A stretch of 64,000 bases of DNA from Kondoa subrosea (GCA_039545335.1 BCIN01000007.1:806001-870000), one strand, 5' to 3'. Positions 36,503-51,654 are shown, counted from the stretch's first letter. Made by a program: numbers and translations. Notes: a model not told the origin generated them from the sequence alone.

Positions 36503-39500
36503 ATGTCTGAAGCTCTTTCCATCGAGGATTGCATTGAAGGCTTAGCTGACGGTAAAGTACTGCAATGTGCTTGACATTCGCCTGTCCAAGCTTACAATTG
36601 CATCTGAACAGATCAAAACACGTACCCTGGCCTTGTCTGAGCTCCGCAGACACTTTGGCAACAATAGAACGGTTCAAGAGCAACCCAGCAAATCATGGAA
36701 CGATGTCTTCGTCGCCTTGTTCGATATGTGCAAGATTGAGCGTAATATCATCGCGAAGAAGCCAAAGGATGTGCCTGCTGCGGTTCTAAGGCGTTTGAAC
36801 GATGCGACTTCTGCTATTCGCTGGCTCATCGAAAGGACAGCACCTTTGCTTCAGCGCAAGACAGTCAAGAAACTCCTCAGCAGCATCTTGCGTGAGATAG
36901 TCTTTGGTGGTCAGGTTTATGATGCTACCGCTTTGGATTACATCAAGGCTCTTCGTCACCTGTTGGCTCATCCGCCGCATCTGGAGCACCTGGAAGAAGT
37001 CACATGGCTTGACTGCGTACAAATATGCTATGGAGCAGCTATGTCAAGCAAAGTCACACTCCTAGGCGATGTTTGGACTGGCGAAACCGATGTTCAGCTA
37101 CCGGAAGAAGATCTTAGCGATGTATACGATGATCTAGCAGGCACAAGCGATAAGAAGCGGGGCAAAGCAACAGCTTCCTCTAACCTGGCCACAAAACGAT
37201 CTGGTCAAGAACTTACCGAAATCTTTACTGTTCTTGCCTATCTCTTTCAATCGCGAAATGCTTCCTTGGTCATTCTTCCCAACGCAAGTCAGCTCACTAC
37301 TCGAATAACTCATCTACTTCATCTTCTATCTCCTTCGATCTATTCCCCAGAGACAACAGCTCATCTTCCTCTCTTGCAAGCTCTAAATGCACTTTTATCA
37401 CAGACCGATCTTAACGCTTGCAGCATGATGACCGAAACAGGCCCTCTCATCTGGACTCTATTGACAAGGCTTTGGAACGTTACAAGAAGCATGTCAATCA
37501 AAGAACAAGTGGTCATCGCCTTATTAAGACTTTCGCCTTCTGTTTTCACCGAAAACGATGCTGAGAGGTTAACACCTGAATCTTGCGCAAGAGATTGCTG
37601 GGAAAGGTTGATAGGTGAACCTGAAGCTCGTTTCCGAATCGAACCTTTGGCAATGGAACATCTTCGGTTCAGTCAACTATCTCAAGTATCCATCTCAAAG
37701 TCAATTTTTGCTGAACAAGTATTCCAAGCTGGTACTTCGGGGTTCACAAGTGCTCATGCTTTAGCTTGGGCGACTTTGGAGTTAGCTGCGGATTGTTTGC
37801 AAGTCTTGTTTGTGGGAAGCGATAAAGTGGTCGCAAAGGTATTGGACAGTCCAGGACCTAGCAAGCGCAGGAAGGTGAGTTGACACCTTCTTGTAGATGA
37901 AATGGCTGATTTCAGGTGTGATGCAGGTGGCAGATGCGGTTGACGAGTTTCTTAATTCGCTTCAGTCTACTTCAACCTCAGCTGCAACTGGCGCCTCGGC
38001 TGAAATATCGCTGGCCTATCGTCTCCAAATCTTGCTATTCTTCATTAGTCGGCATTGGGAAACTCTCCACGAAGCCTTGCAACGTCGCATTTTTCAGATC
38101 CTTCTTGCTTTAATTGCACACGATGAAGCCTCAATTCAAGCGTGGACTCTCCTCTGTATCGCAACTCTGATTCCTCGAACCGGAAGCGTTGCGCTGGGCC
38201 AGCCGACCGATTCAACCACTTTTCAACGTCATACATCGCCGTCAAAATCAAACAAGAGCAAGAGCGCTGAGGCTCCCTTAACGGATTGGGAACATATCTG
38301 GCTCACCTGTCTGCGCAAACTGTCGAATCCTCTGTTAGCGAGACCAGCTGCTTATTGTGCCTCACTTCTTCTGAGTTCTTCCTCTTTAACCGAAAACGAG
38401 GGCAGGGTGTATCGAATAGGCCGCAATCGACTGGTTGGCGATCTAGAGCCACTCTTCAGAGATCTTGCTATTCAAGGACCCTCGTTTCCCAGCGATTCCG
38501 TCTGTTCCTTTTTCGTTGCGTGTTTGGACTTGGCGAAAGATGATGTTGTCATGTCAAGATTGGATCTGCCAGAGAAGGTGTACGGATGGCTATGTAATGG
38601 TGTAACTTGGCGACCTACCGCCAAGAAGGATTCTGCTATCAAAGGTCAAACGGTGAATACCTCAGAAATGCTGGCTTTACTCTTGCAAATCACCGTTGGT
38701 CAGCATGCATGCTTTGCCTTACAAGACCTTACTCCATCAGTACCTCCTACTTGCGAAGTAACTCGGGCAATGCTGGAATTGCAAACAACTCGACCCATTC
38801 GTCGCTTCATCTATTCAAATGAATTACCATCCGCCCTGCTAGTGCCAGAGGCTGAGCAAAACCACTCGCCTCCTTCCACTCTGCCAGTCTTGCTGGATGG
38901 TTCAGCTTCAGCAAGCATAGCAAACCGAATTTCCGCATTTCTGCAAAAGCTTTTGGACAATCAGACCACCTGCTTGCAGACAGTCTCTGAGACTGGAAGT
39001 CATCCTAGCTATACTCTTGAGCGAATACGCCGACTTTTGCAATTGTGCTGCATCACAGTCTTGTTTGAGGGAGCTTTGGCTTGTACTCGACCCAAATTTC
39101 CAAGACTAGCTTTTCTTTCTGTAGCCAACGCACTCACTCAGATAATCGCTCCTGCTGCATCGAACAAGTGGAAGACAACGGAGAAGGCAGAGCTCTTCAG
39201 CGAGTTGCAATCCATCTTTGCTCCGTTTGCAGTCAGCCAAACACCAATCGATGTCTATTCTGGATTGGTTCCACCTGGGCTTGCAAGTATGATTCCCCAA
39301 GCTGTCATTCGTCGACACGTGCAGCCTCTACTCAAACGATCAGCAGCCCCTGTTGCTCTCTACGAGATTTTACGGAAAGCTTGGTCGAGCTCGGATTTGG
39401 CGGAATTACTGGACAGCGGTGTCCTCTACACTTTTCTGGAAGCCAATGTATCTGGTTCGGAAACGGCCGCTGAAGACATTGTCATGGCTACGCAACCTGC

Positions 39501-42500
39501 AGCTGCTTCTCAAAAACACGCGCGAATGGATCTTGACGACTCAGACAGCGACGACGACTTTGGTGGCAAAGTTCGAGAAGGAGGAACTTCGACAAACAAA
39601 GTTCGGAGCGGCGGCGCGTCAATTCTAGGCGGCAACGCAACCTCAATCAATGACCCCAATCTACAACCTCCTGCTTATGCGGCTTCTTTCTGTATTCGCA
39701 GCGTCATGTGTGGTCTCATAACTCTTCCGTGGTTGAGAAAGAGCACGCCAACATCACATCAAGCTTCTCAAGCCACTCAAGTAGTCTCGAAGGACTTCTG
39801 CGAAATGCTGGAAGCATGTCCAGACGAGCGCATAGTGGTAGTCAGCAAGTCTCTTTTGGATGCAACCCAAGAAGGTGCACCGAGTATCACCTTGAATGAG
39901 GCAGACATGATTATAAGTCGAATTGGCGATGATCTGATTAGGCGTTATGAATTCGCTCGCGCAGAAGAACCCGTGCAGTGTCTGATTCGTTTGCTGATGC
40001 AAACGCAACATCTCTGGGTTCACGAGTCGCCTACTAATGCAGACTACCGAGAAAAAGCCCAAACAATGTGCACTTGGTTGACAGAGATGCAGGTCAAAAA
40101 GCGTTTGCCGTCTTGGCGAGTGCGGATAGACTTACTCTACCTACTGGATTCTTTCATTCGGACCGATTCAACGGAAGCATCCTGGGGAGTCAACTCTCAA
40201 GATCATCCAAGGGATACTCATGGCAGCAGAATTCTGCCACGCAAGCTGGTCACTCTCATGATACCAGATCTAGATATCAGAGTTCGATTCAAGGTCGCTT
40301 GCTCGACAGCGCATGCGATCGATTACATCTATCAAGTATCGCAAAATGATGAAGTCGACAGTTTCTTCCAATCTGTTCTTCGGGAACTGGAAGTCAGACT
40401 GTCCATGCATGAGCAGATGCTTACTCGCTGCCTCTGTCTGGCCAACCTTATGATCTGCTGCGCACGTGTCCGCTACCAATCATACAACCATCTTATGATC
40501 GCTTGTCAGCACACGGAAACCTACGAAAGACATATTGCATCTCTTTTGGAAGGCGTGGCTGCACGACTAGGCTTAGCTGATATTCAAGCGCTGTTCGTCA
40601 TTTACGCACCTCAGTTCGCATTCACCAACTCCAGCGTGGACCCCCTTGAACTTCCAGAGTCTGTATGCGGCTTCTCCACCAAAAGAGCAAGAGCGGAAGC
40701 TGTATTCGATTCTCTTGCTGGTATTACCGCTGCTGAAGATGATCCAGACAAGTTTCGGAGACTGTGCGAGACTGTCAGCAAGACGCCGGAATCAGCGTTG
40801 TCGCAATGTTTCCCCGCATATCTTGCACATGCTCTCACAGAGATCGCTTCAGCAGCAGACCTTGAGATCGGTGAAGCCTCCATGCAGCAGGTCTACAACA
40901 AGGCCAAGAAAAGGTATCGAGAGTGTGATATCGCTACTAGTGGCATCTCCTTTGAAGAAATAGTACATCGCTCAATCGATACTATTGGCACGACTATCAT
41001 ATCGATGCTGTACGAGTCCGACTGCTCCGCTTTCGGGCCAATAAGGGTCGCCTTGGCAAAGATCGACACACGAGACGGCGGAGATGATGCTGCTAGGATG
41101 TTCTCTGGCATCTTGTCCAAGACGTCTGCAAATCGTATTGAAGCTCATGGGGTCAATCAATTCTCTTCCACCATTATTTACACTCTATACTGGCTTGCCA
41201 CTAAAGTGACAACGTTGCTTGAGCCAGTTGCTTTACAAAGTATGTTCTGTCAGATCTTCGTCAAGATCAATGAAAGCCCCTTTGTCGACAACCAGATTCG
41301 GATGCTCGCAGCTTTGGCAGTCTTGATGACCCTTGGACGGCATTACGTCAGAGATCCAGTCATTTTCAAGCGTCTGATGCAAGGCTACGCCGCACTTTAC
41401 AAGAAACCCGATCTCGCGTATGCAGCTTGGGCTGGTATTGCTTATCTGTTGCTGTTACACGAGCACTTTTCTCTGTACAACGATTGTCATGCCTTTCCCT
41501 TCATTGCAGTCGATATTGTAGAGACAATTGAAGAACACATGCGAGGCCCAGATCAAGCTCTTGGCAAGGCTAGTCAAGAACATTTACTACTTTTGCGTGG
41601 ACATGCTCAAAAGCTCGTTAGCCGGACCGACGAAAAAGGGTCCGGCGCACGGAGACAAGGCTTGCAGATCTGTTGCTTTGCAAGCGGGCTCAATGACTTG
41701 GCGTCAAGCTGTTCTGCTTCTGAATTACAAAGTATTCTGCAGTCGGCCCCAGCTGATTGGGATACTCGCTTCGCCATGGTCACATTTCTAGCTGCAAATC
41801 CGATCAAACAGGATCTCACTATTCCTGATATGGACAATATCCTCTGGGATCTGCTCAGCTCTTTGTCAAAAACATCGAATGTATCGCAAAGCACCAGCGA
41901 GGCCTTCGTTATGCTTCTGTTACGGGATCACGGTCGCATCACCTTACCGAGTCTCAAGTCTGCATCAACTCAGACAAGTATCTGCTCACAAGAGGGGGAA
42001 TCGGGTATTCAAGCAGACCTGGTGCGGGTTGTGTCGACATTTCTGTCTCGCCATGATATATCTCTTGTTGGTCTAGCTGTGCGATGTTTACGAAGCATTT
42101 TTGCATCTGCCGACTGGACCGTGTTCAAAACATACCTTGATCGGGTTGGGGACGATACATCCGAGCTCGCTCTAATTGCAAACACCTCCTTACGTCATAG
42201 TCTGAGCGTTCAGTCAGCCCTCCCATCCAATCCAAGCTTACAAGATGTATTGAAGTCGCCAAAGTTGAATGATGCAACCGTTCACGCTCCTTGGATTACA
42301 GCCTTGACTCAAGCTCTGCTACTCTCGCGCAGCGGAAAGAAGTCTGACTTTTATTTCCACTTGAGACCTCTATGTCAGCAAGACGAGCAATTCGCAGAAA
42401 AGATTTTGCCTCTTCTCGTGCATTCTTTGCTGTCGACAGATGAAAGCACAACGAGGCCCACTGCAACATCTAACGTACTTACTGCCTATTTCACAAGCCT

Positions 42501-45500
42501 TCTATATAGCAAAGGGACATCTCGAAGCAGTCTCTCGGTTATTGTAGAGACGGTTATGTACCTTCGAAGATTCCCTCAGGTTAATGAAGCGAACACTGGT
42601 ACCCCTCCATCACTCAGCGGAGACGCCTGGTTGGGGATTCCTTGGACACTCGTGGCTCATGCTGCTCTTAAGGTGGAAATGCCAGCCACGGCAATCTTGT
42701 GTCTAGAGTTGACGAGGGAACATGGACTGGCACCAGAGCGAAGATTGCTCAAGCTGTCTCCCGAGGAAGTAACGGCGTATATTCAGAAAGCGCAATCCCT
42801 AATTTACGCGACTATCGATGAACCCGATGGATTCTACGGCATTCAATTCATGGACGCTACAGATGGTCTGATACAGAAGTACAAGCATGAAAATAGGATT
42901 ACTTCAACATTTGAGCTTATTGGAGCTCAGAACGAAGCCTCTTTCGCCGCAAATGACAAGCGATCGATGGATAATTCTGCTCTGATTCAATCACTATCTG
43001 CTTTTGGCTTCGCTCACTTAGCAATGTCAACTCTCCAGGGCGGTCATGCCAATTCCCAGGCACTTTCGCGTTCCGAGTTTCTGAATTTGGCTTGGAGAAC
43101 AGAAAACTGGGATCTTCCTTCTCCGCTGTTTTCCGACCGCAAAGACTCTCAGCAAACCATATATTCGTCGCTTCGCAATATCCATAGAAGCAAGGATCGG
43201 AAAGCTACAATCGCTCATATCTCCGAATGCTCCAGAATCCAAACGAATCGGCTATCTGGCATTCGACAAGAGAATCCTCTGCCCGATTCAAAGGCTTTGC
43301 AAGCTCTGATGGCGCTGTACGAGATGAGGGTTTGGCTCAAGCATGATCCGACCCAGAATGGAAGTATCAGCAAAGAGATATCACGGCACTTCACTTCTCT
43401 AGCTTCGGAATTTCAGTCAGTCGTTTTCACTTCCAGAAGAGTCGTGAGCTGACCACACTGTAAATCAGATACGCCGATGCCGAGCTCATTATGGCGATCC
43501 GTGTCAACCTGTTACAAGGCGTCCGGCGATCCGAACAACGCATGCAATTTGGCGACCACAAGTCCGATCTTCTATACCAAGCAACGCAACTCGAAAGTCT
43601 ATGTTACTTGAGTATGAGCGAAGCTGCTCGCCGGGCGGGCCACTTGCAAGTCTCTCTCAATTGCGTTTCAACGGCTGCAACCCTTTTGCGAGAGATCGAC
43701 GATGTCCAAGACAGTAGCCTACAATTGAAGCTCACGGAAGAGCTGGCCAATGTCACGTGGAGTAAAGATGAACACAGCTTGGCAATCCGTACACTCGAAC
43801 AACAGATTAAGGGGTCGCCAAATGGTGCAGAACGCGGGCCTATTCTCGCTAAACTTGTGAGTGAACATGTACCTCCCATCCAACCATAGCTCATAGCCTG
43901 TCAGGGTGCTTGGTCAGCTGAATCTCGCCTGCTCGACGCACCGCAGATCAAGAGCCAATACTTTGAACCGGCACTATCAGATACGCAAGCGTCACAGAGC
44001 GCCAACATTGAAAGCAACGGAGACATCTATTACCAATACGCCATGTTCGCTGATCGCCAATTCCTCTTCTTGGACTCGCAGAAGGCTGACATCGCTCGGC
44101 TGGAGATACGACACTCTCGGCGCAAAGTTGACCTAGAAGAGCTCAGGCGTCGAATGCGTAACAGTCAAGATCCGAACCATCATCAGCTCAGTAATTCCCT
44201 TACAGAATCCGAAAAGGTGTTTGAACAAGACCGTATCAAGTTGGAAGCCTACCGCAGCGAACGGGACTCCTTTCTTCTCCTTGCAATCCGCATGCTTTGC
44301 TGTGTTCTGAAGACCTACGATCAGCATGATGATGTGGTGCATAGATTATGTTCACTCTGGCTGGCTCACTCTACCGATGAGCAGCTGAACAAATTTGTGA
44401 AAGGCGAGCTCGACAGCGTTCCCAGCGCGAAGTTTGCTTTTTTGTCTCACCAACTCTCGGCCCGTCTGACCAGACAATCGCAACTGGCATCAGCTTTTCA
44501 AGCCAACATCCGCAGTGTGGTGTTACGTCTCTGTCTAGATCATCCTTTCCATATTCTCTACCAGCTCTATCCTCTTCGACAAGGTGTTTCGGCTGCAACT
44601 GTTTCTTCAAAATCGCGGAGAACCAGTCACGAACCTTCCGCACAGGTCAGTCGCGCGTTGGCAGCAGAAGATATCCACAACCAGTTGCGTAAAGAGCCAA
44701 AGATGCAGGCCGTCTTGCAAGAACTCAATTATGCCTGCGAAGCTTACGTCGAATGGGCTGCCTTTGATCTGAAGACAATTGATGCCTTCCGGAAATGGAC
44801 AAAGAACAAGAAGTCAAACCCTGAACCTAAAATGCCCGACGATCTGAAACTTCGCAGGGTCCGCGATACTCAATTGCCTGTGAGCACAATAACATTGCAA
44901 ATCGACAAGACTTGTCGCTACGATCAAAGTTATATCCCCAGAGTTTTGAAGTATCAGAACTCGTTCCGAACCGCGGGAGGGGTCAATCTTCCGAAGATAT
45001 CGAATTGCATTGGTTCCGACGGTGCTGAATATAAGCAACTAGTAATTGATCGGCGTTTGCGCATTCAGGCTGAGCTGATGTCCGGTGATAGTTTAAAGGA
45101 GGCGATGATACCCGACAAGATGCAGTGATGGAGCAAGTCTTCACTCTCGTCAATGACCTACTTGCCAGCAATGACGAGACGCGTAGACGTTCGCTGAAAG
45201 TTCGGACTTACAAAGTAATACCCTTGACGGACAATACTGGCCTGCTGGAATTTGTAGCAGCGACTGCTCCAATATCCGAACTTACTGCTGATTTACTGAA
45301 GAGGTGAGTCTTTGACTGGAATCTGTGAGTATAGCCCTGAGCAGAGTTACGTCCAGCGTTCGACCAACGGATTGGAATTACAACAAATGTAGAAGTGCTA
45401 TGCAGGCTGGAGAAGAGAAAGACGTCGATGCGAAAGTAACCGTTCTACAAAACATTTTGCAAAACAATCGGCCTGTGATGCGACACATCTTTTACCAACG

Positions 45501-46318
45501 TCAACCTCAAGCTTGCCGATGGTACCAGATGCGCTTGAACTTTACCAGAAGTGTCGCTACGAACTCGATTGTCGGCTATATCTTAGGAATCGGCGACCGG
45601 CATACTTCCAATCTGCTATTCGACACTGAGCAAGGGGAAGTTGTCCCTATCGATTTCGGTGTAGCCTTTGACTCTGTAAGTATGAACTGATATTATGTTG
45701 CTTCTGTGGTTCTGATGCATCAACAGGGTACTCGACTTCCTGTCCCCGAATTGGTGCCGTTCCGGTTGACGCAAAACTTTGTCGACGCTTTTGGCATGTC
45801 AGGCGTTGAAGGCGTGTATCGAAGATGCTGCGAAGAAACACTTCGAGTGCTGCGAGAGAAATCTGGTGTCATTATGACCATTCTCGAAGTCTTCAAGTAC
45901 GATCCTCTACAAAAATGGACAGTTTCAGCAGACAAAATCAAGCGCGTCCAGAACTCTCAAATGATAGCTACTGCTTCTGCTGCTACCAGTACGCGACTAA
46001 GCAGTTCTCGTGCTGGTTCGCAAGTACTTCAATTCGATGCGAGCGGGGAAGATGATGAAGATGTTCCCGCTGATGCAGCTCAAGCTTTAGCTGGTGTTTC
46101 TGAAAAACTATCAAGCTCTCTGAGTGTCGAATATAAGGTCAACGAGCTGATTCAGCAAGCGATGGATTTGCGAAGGTTGGCTGTGATTTTCAGGGTGAGC
46201 GATATAGCACAGATCCTTGTCCGGTACTGACATTCTCATTGTATAGGGCTGGCAACCGGTGAGATTCAGTCTGACCATATGTCCTGACATATCCCTGACT
46301 ATCAAACAGTACATCTGA
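36503..46318 (+). CDS. TEL1: Tel1/ATM PI3K-related checkpoint kinase
   Basis: TAN-like N-terminus (GLAD..KTRTLALSEL), FAT region (IDEPDGFYG, AWRTENWDL), kinase motifs AGGVNLPK, KGGDDTRQDAVMEQVF, GIGDRHTSN, IDFGVAFD, PELVPFRLT, and FATC end GWQPYI*. Confidence 0.95.
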
Positions 46319-46521
46319 AACTTCAATTTGACATCTACTGACTGTAAAATAGCATCTGTATAAACATCATTGTAGTATTTGCATTGCATTGCATGGATTG
46401 GTCTGTTGATGAGTGTGTTTGTAATTTCGGGTCTCCGCCCAATGTCTTGGCAAAATCGACACAAGTGCTTTTGGACTCCTCAGTGCTCCTTCTTTCCCAT
46501 TCAACGACCTCATTTTACTCA

Positions 46522-47843
46522 ATGCACACTGCCATCGCACTTTCCGCTCTTTTTGCTTCAGCTCTAGCCCAATCGCTGCAGGCCAGTGAAGCCAATCTGC
46601 AATATGTCGAAGTAAGCAAAGGCTCATGTGTTTGGCGCTGTTTGCTCAATCACGGACTCTAGCAACAATACGATGCCTCTGGCTTCAATACTGCTCTTCC
46701 CAACTCTCAAAGCTTGTTTGTTTTCTTCTTGCTTCAAGTGAAAGAACCGAGCTCAGACGTATGCTCGTCGCTAGCGGTGTACCTCTACAAGCACAGGCAA
46801 TAATGACCGTCGTCTATCCTGGCAACGTTACCGTACAGAACGGACAGCCTTTGACTACCGCTCGTACAAAACTCCTCTTAGTCATGCGCAAACTTTCTGC
46901 TTACGTGATCATCTTTAGAAACTGCCGAACTACCTCAATTCAATATTGTTCCTGCTCAGACATTCTCAGCTCAATTCAACGAATCTTCGACTTTCACCTT
47001 GATGCTGGCGTAAGTGCGGCGTACATCTGCTGCCAAAAGCTAAGATCCGTTTCGGCGATGCTGCTGCAGTTGGCGGACCAGATAGCGAAGGCGATTAGTG
47101 AGCATTTGTAGCTTGTCTTGTTGTCGTAGACGCTAACTTTGAGAGGAAAGCCGTCATTTCCTTGCCAACGGAATCAAGATTGGAAATGGCACAACTCCCA
47201 TTAGTTTGGATGGTGCTAGCGTCATCACAAACTATGGTACGTTGCGTAGCTCCTGTCGCATCAAAGATGCTCAATTGTCTGCCTCTTTCAGCTGGACCGT
47301 GAGACATTTGCCTTTCTCTTAGAGCACAATGAGCTCACGTATTTATCAGAGGTCCTCTCGAGAACTCTGGTACTCACAGATATGCTTGGATGATGTTCCA
47401 ACAACCAGAAGCATTTGCCGCACCAGAAGGTCTGAATGCCGCTGGAACGTGAGTCAAAATGGTCATTTCTTCTCGTTCGACTCTGATGTCTTCCCAACAG
47501 TGCGCCTTCACACTGGAAAGTTGGCGAATACGTCTCACAAAGTGGTTTGGGACCAATGGTTGCGGCTTCCTTCTTCACTGTTGCTGCTCCCGTGCGTTGG
47601 CCTTTCAGCCTGCATGACCTGTTCTGATCTATATAACAGGGCACTGCATCTTTCTCAGCCGAAGCTACATCATCTGTCGCTTCACCTACTAATGCTCCTG
47701 CTTCGTCAACAAGCGGAGGTTCTTCTCGACCTGCTGCCTCTAATCCTGCTGCATCTGCACCTGCTTCAAGTGCCACTCACATGCAAGTAGGTAGCGCTCT
47801 CGGTCTGTTGTCAGGGCTTTTTGCGCTATTTGTCATCGCTTGA
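46522..47843 (+). CDS. PEBP-family protein with signal peptide, Ser/Ala-rich stalk and probable GPI signal; multi-exon
   Basis: MHTAIALSALFASALAQS, FTLMLAD, RHFLANG, NYAGPGPLENSGTHRYAWMMFQQP, ASFFTV and a hydrophobic C-terminus LGLLSGLFALFVIA*. Confidence 0.85.
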
Positions 47844-48032
47844 TCGAAGCAAGAGCATGAACGGACACTAGCTAGACTTTTACCAGCACTTTTTAACGCG
47901 AAATCAGTCATAGTCATGTAATCGCATAATGATATCCATTACTTCTGCTTAACGAGGCCCGTAAAGGACGGTAAAGCGAATCCTTCTACATATGACGTTT
48001 CAGTCGCGCGCGCTCTTTTTAAACGATCAAGA

Positions 48033-51000
48033 ATGTCTGTAGATGCACCCACAGTAGTAGTAGAAGAAGACCTGCTCTCGAATGAGCTCTCACCTTTGGA
48101 TTTAGCTGCTGCGCCTGCCCAGATTGAGGAAGTCTTGCAAGATCAAGAGGACATTTCTCGCGATATTAGACTGTACATTTCGCAAGCTGCTCTACCTGAC
48201 TGCATCTCTGCTGGCGTAATCGAATTAGCTACCCATCCAGCTCGTGAGGGGAGCATAGAAATCGTAGAGAATGTCAATGGACCTGAGAAATTTGGTGATG
48301 GGTGGATTGTTGGATTCCAGCTGGATGAAACTATGCCAGAAGGCGGAATGAGAATTCAAGTTTTTGATCCGGAAACTGGAGAACAGCAAGAAGCTGGTTC
48401 CAGCGCTCAGAATGTTGATGCCAAGTTGCAGATCCAGGTTTCATTCCGCAGACCTTGTGAAGGTATGCTCATTTCACTTCCGTCTGCAGCTTCTCGCTCA
48501 GATCTTTGATCAGCATTCCGTGGATTGGGTCATGTGTTGGCTACTACTCGTTATGCTCTAGCGTTAACTACTTCGTCTGCTGTTCGAAATCCGGAGGCCA
48601 ACGCGGATGAAAATATGTCTATTTCTTCTGGTAGCTCGATCAACCAAACGACAAAGCAGAAAGTGAGAGAGAAGGTCATCGCTCTGTTGGAACGAGAAGA
48701 AATGTGCTGTTTCGAAACCATGTCGTCAGTTGTTCCCTTCGTCGTGACGAGAAGTACTCATAATATGTCAAGGGCGATGATCGATTGCTCCCGCAACGGT
48801 GTACTGAAAGTCGATGCTGTCAACTTCTTCTTGCGTCAAATGGCTCAAGTTGGCTTGAACATGCTGTATCTCTATTGCGAGTATGTCGAGCTGCGATGGT
48901 TTGCACAGGATAAGCTCACATTTGCTTTACAGAGACACTTATCAAATCCCTGGCGAACCTTTCTTTGTATGTCCAACAACCTATTCATTGACAACATGGG
49001 CTAAATTATTTGTGAAGGGCTACTTCCGGGGTCCATATACTCAAGAAGAACTTCGATCAATCGACGACTATGCCTATCTTCTTGGCATTGAAGTTGTCCC
49101 TTGTATCCAAACACTGGGTCATCTAGCACAAATGCTTCAATGGCCTCGATACAATCATATGCAAGATACGGCCGATGTACTCCTAGCAGATAGCGAGGCA
49201 GTCTATGCTTTTATCGAGAAAATGATCAGTACCATATGTGCGCCGTTGAGATCGAAAAGAGTTCACATTGGTCAAGATGAAGCTTTTGGTCTGGGTGAAG
49301 GGCGGTATAGGCATTATAACCGAGGAAATGCGAGGAAAGATGGGACCAAGATCTTTACCGATCATCTGGCTAGAGTGAATCAGATTTGTCGGAAATTGGG
49401 CGTGAAGCCTTTGATATGGTCCGATAGTCAGTGCATTCTTACGATAGTTATATAGTTACTTAAGACGTTGAACAGTGCTTTTCTGTCTGGCGGCGAAAGA
49501 TGTCTCGCTGACTGGGTATTACGAAGGTGTCAATCCAGCAACTCCGGAACTTGTCAAGGCAATTCCAGATGATATCGAGGTGAGATCTCCAGCCACCTCG
49601 ATTTCTACTAGCTTGGCCTCATATCACTGAGCACAGCTCGTATTCTGGAGTGAGTACGGGCATATTAAAATCGATCGAGATACTAATTGCGTTCAGGCTA
49701 TTATCATACTCTACCTGATCCTTACACGCAAAAGATCAAACAGCATTGGGATCTAGTCAATAAGCCTCCGTGGATGGCTAGCGGTCTTTGGACCTGGGCG
49801 AGGTTAGTTGGTAGAACGGTGCTAGATGTCAACTCATTTGGGTTTGCAGATTCTGGTGCTCTCTACCATTCACATTCGAGACTGTAAGGGCGTCTATGAA
49901 AGCAACGAAAGCAGCAGAAAGTGGTGTGAAGCATGTCATGACGACCATCTGGGGTGATGAAGGAAACGAATGTGACATGTAGGCGCAATACTGATCATTC
50001 CCTGCGTTTTACTGATATGACGCTAGATACTCTTGTCTGCCTGGCTTGTACTATTATGCTGAACATGGTTACACAAAAGAGTCCGAGGTGGATGTGACTT
50101 TACTGAAGCTGAAATTCGGTCAGTCGCACAGTCGTTTGTGGATGCTATAGCTAATGTGCGGGATAGATGGTATTGTTGGAGGAAGCTTCGACTCGTTTGT
50201 GAACGCTTCAAAGATGGAGTATGCGCTTTCGTTTTTCTATTGGGCTACGTCGCCTTACCTTTGTATAGTGATTTACACCCTGAGTTCCAGCCTACTCAAG
50301 CGAAAGCGACTGTTGCAGGCAATATGAGCAAATGGCTGCTTTGGGAAGGTGAATCGTCCAAGAATAATGCTGCAACATGCTAATATCGCCAGACAGAACC
50401 CTTCTATGGCTACCTAGCACCGCAGTACAATACTTCTTACGATCTAGAAAGACACTACGGCGGTGTAGGTCTTTTCTCACTACTCCATAATCAAAGCTCA
50501 TGGGTTTGGTAGCTCGCCGACTACCTGGCTCTAGCAGTCTCGCCAGACGACGATGTCAACAATACAATAGGACTACCAGTGTATCCATTCAACAAGCGTC
50601 TTCATCTTCCGCAGCTTTTATCTCAGGTTCTCTCGCTCAAATGTCATTTGCGAGATTGGCTCGCTCACGCTTACAACGGGAAAGACTTGGAGCAACTCGC
50701 TTTATTAGCTGGACCTGGTCCCAACTCTCGGCTAGGGCAGCTGCGGATTGCTTTAGACAAGCTTTGGCGATATCATCGATCGATGTGGATGCAGATGTAT
50801 AAGGTATGCATGAATCGAGGGCATGCTCTTTTGCTGATGCTATGTAGCCATTCGGCTGGGAGAACCTTGAGCTGCGATATGGAGGACTCCGAGCTCGTCT
50901 GGATACAATGCAAGAACGGATAGCTTCTTATCTGGATGAGAATAATCCAAGCGTCTCGGATCTGCCTGAATTGGAAGTGGAAACTCAAGCGATCTGGCCT

Positions 51001-51108
51001 GGCGCTGGTTTGAGCTTATTGCTGTGCGTATGATCCTTGTCAGTTTGGAACTCGCTGATTCAGGTTTGCAGGGAATGGCAAAGGGCAGCGAAGCCTACTT
51101 GCTATTAG
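48033..51108 (+). CDS. GH20 beta-N-acetylhexosaminidase (HexD/GcnA-like; no signal peptide evident); multi-exon
   Basis: MIDCSRNGVL, MLYLYCEDTY, GYFRGPYT, VPCIQTLGHL, VHIGQDEA (catalytic DE pair), IWSD, TTIWGDEGNE, FGWENLELRYGG. Confidence 0.88.
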
Positions 51109-51654
51109 CAGACTCTTCAACTGTTATACCCTGCATTGTATCCTCTTGCATCTGTTGTCGGCAATCAATTCGCTTGCATGACCTATTATCGCTCCATCCT
51201 TCTACCTCCTATTTTACTCATTGATCTACTTCCTCGGGGCCCAATGAGACATGCTGCGTGCTCAGCCTAGCTGTCATCTTCTGTCTGGTCTCTCCAGACC
51301 ATCGTTGTCTCGTTGTTCAGTTTGAAGTTTCGTTCTTCGGTTTCTTCCTCGCTTTATTTGTTCACTCAATTCAATTCCTTCTGTGTCTGCCTTCTCTCAC
51401 ATGACGGGCTCTTCTCTTCTCCTTTTGCTTATCGATCGATTAAAGTCTCTGAATTTGCTTGTCGTCGGAAAACCCGCTCCTCGACTGTTGCGATGCTATG
51501 CGCGATCGATTGGTTGTGTGTGCTCTGTGTAAGCCTTTCCAATCCGGAGTATCCTCAGCTTTCGGCGAAGATCAATTCGTTTTGAGCTGCTTCCAACGTC
51601 CTGCGATCCAAAGCAGCAAAAAGAAGAGTCAAACGACGTGCAAAAAGAACTTAT

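Noticed and set aside
37927..43415. ~5.5-kb uninterrupted exon in TEL1 as possible foreign or inserted DNA
   Set aside because: It encodes the expected HEAT/FAT region in frame with the flanking exons and has no transposase or RT motifs.
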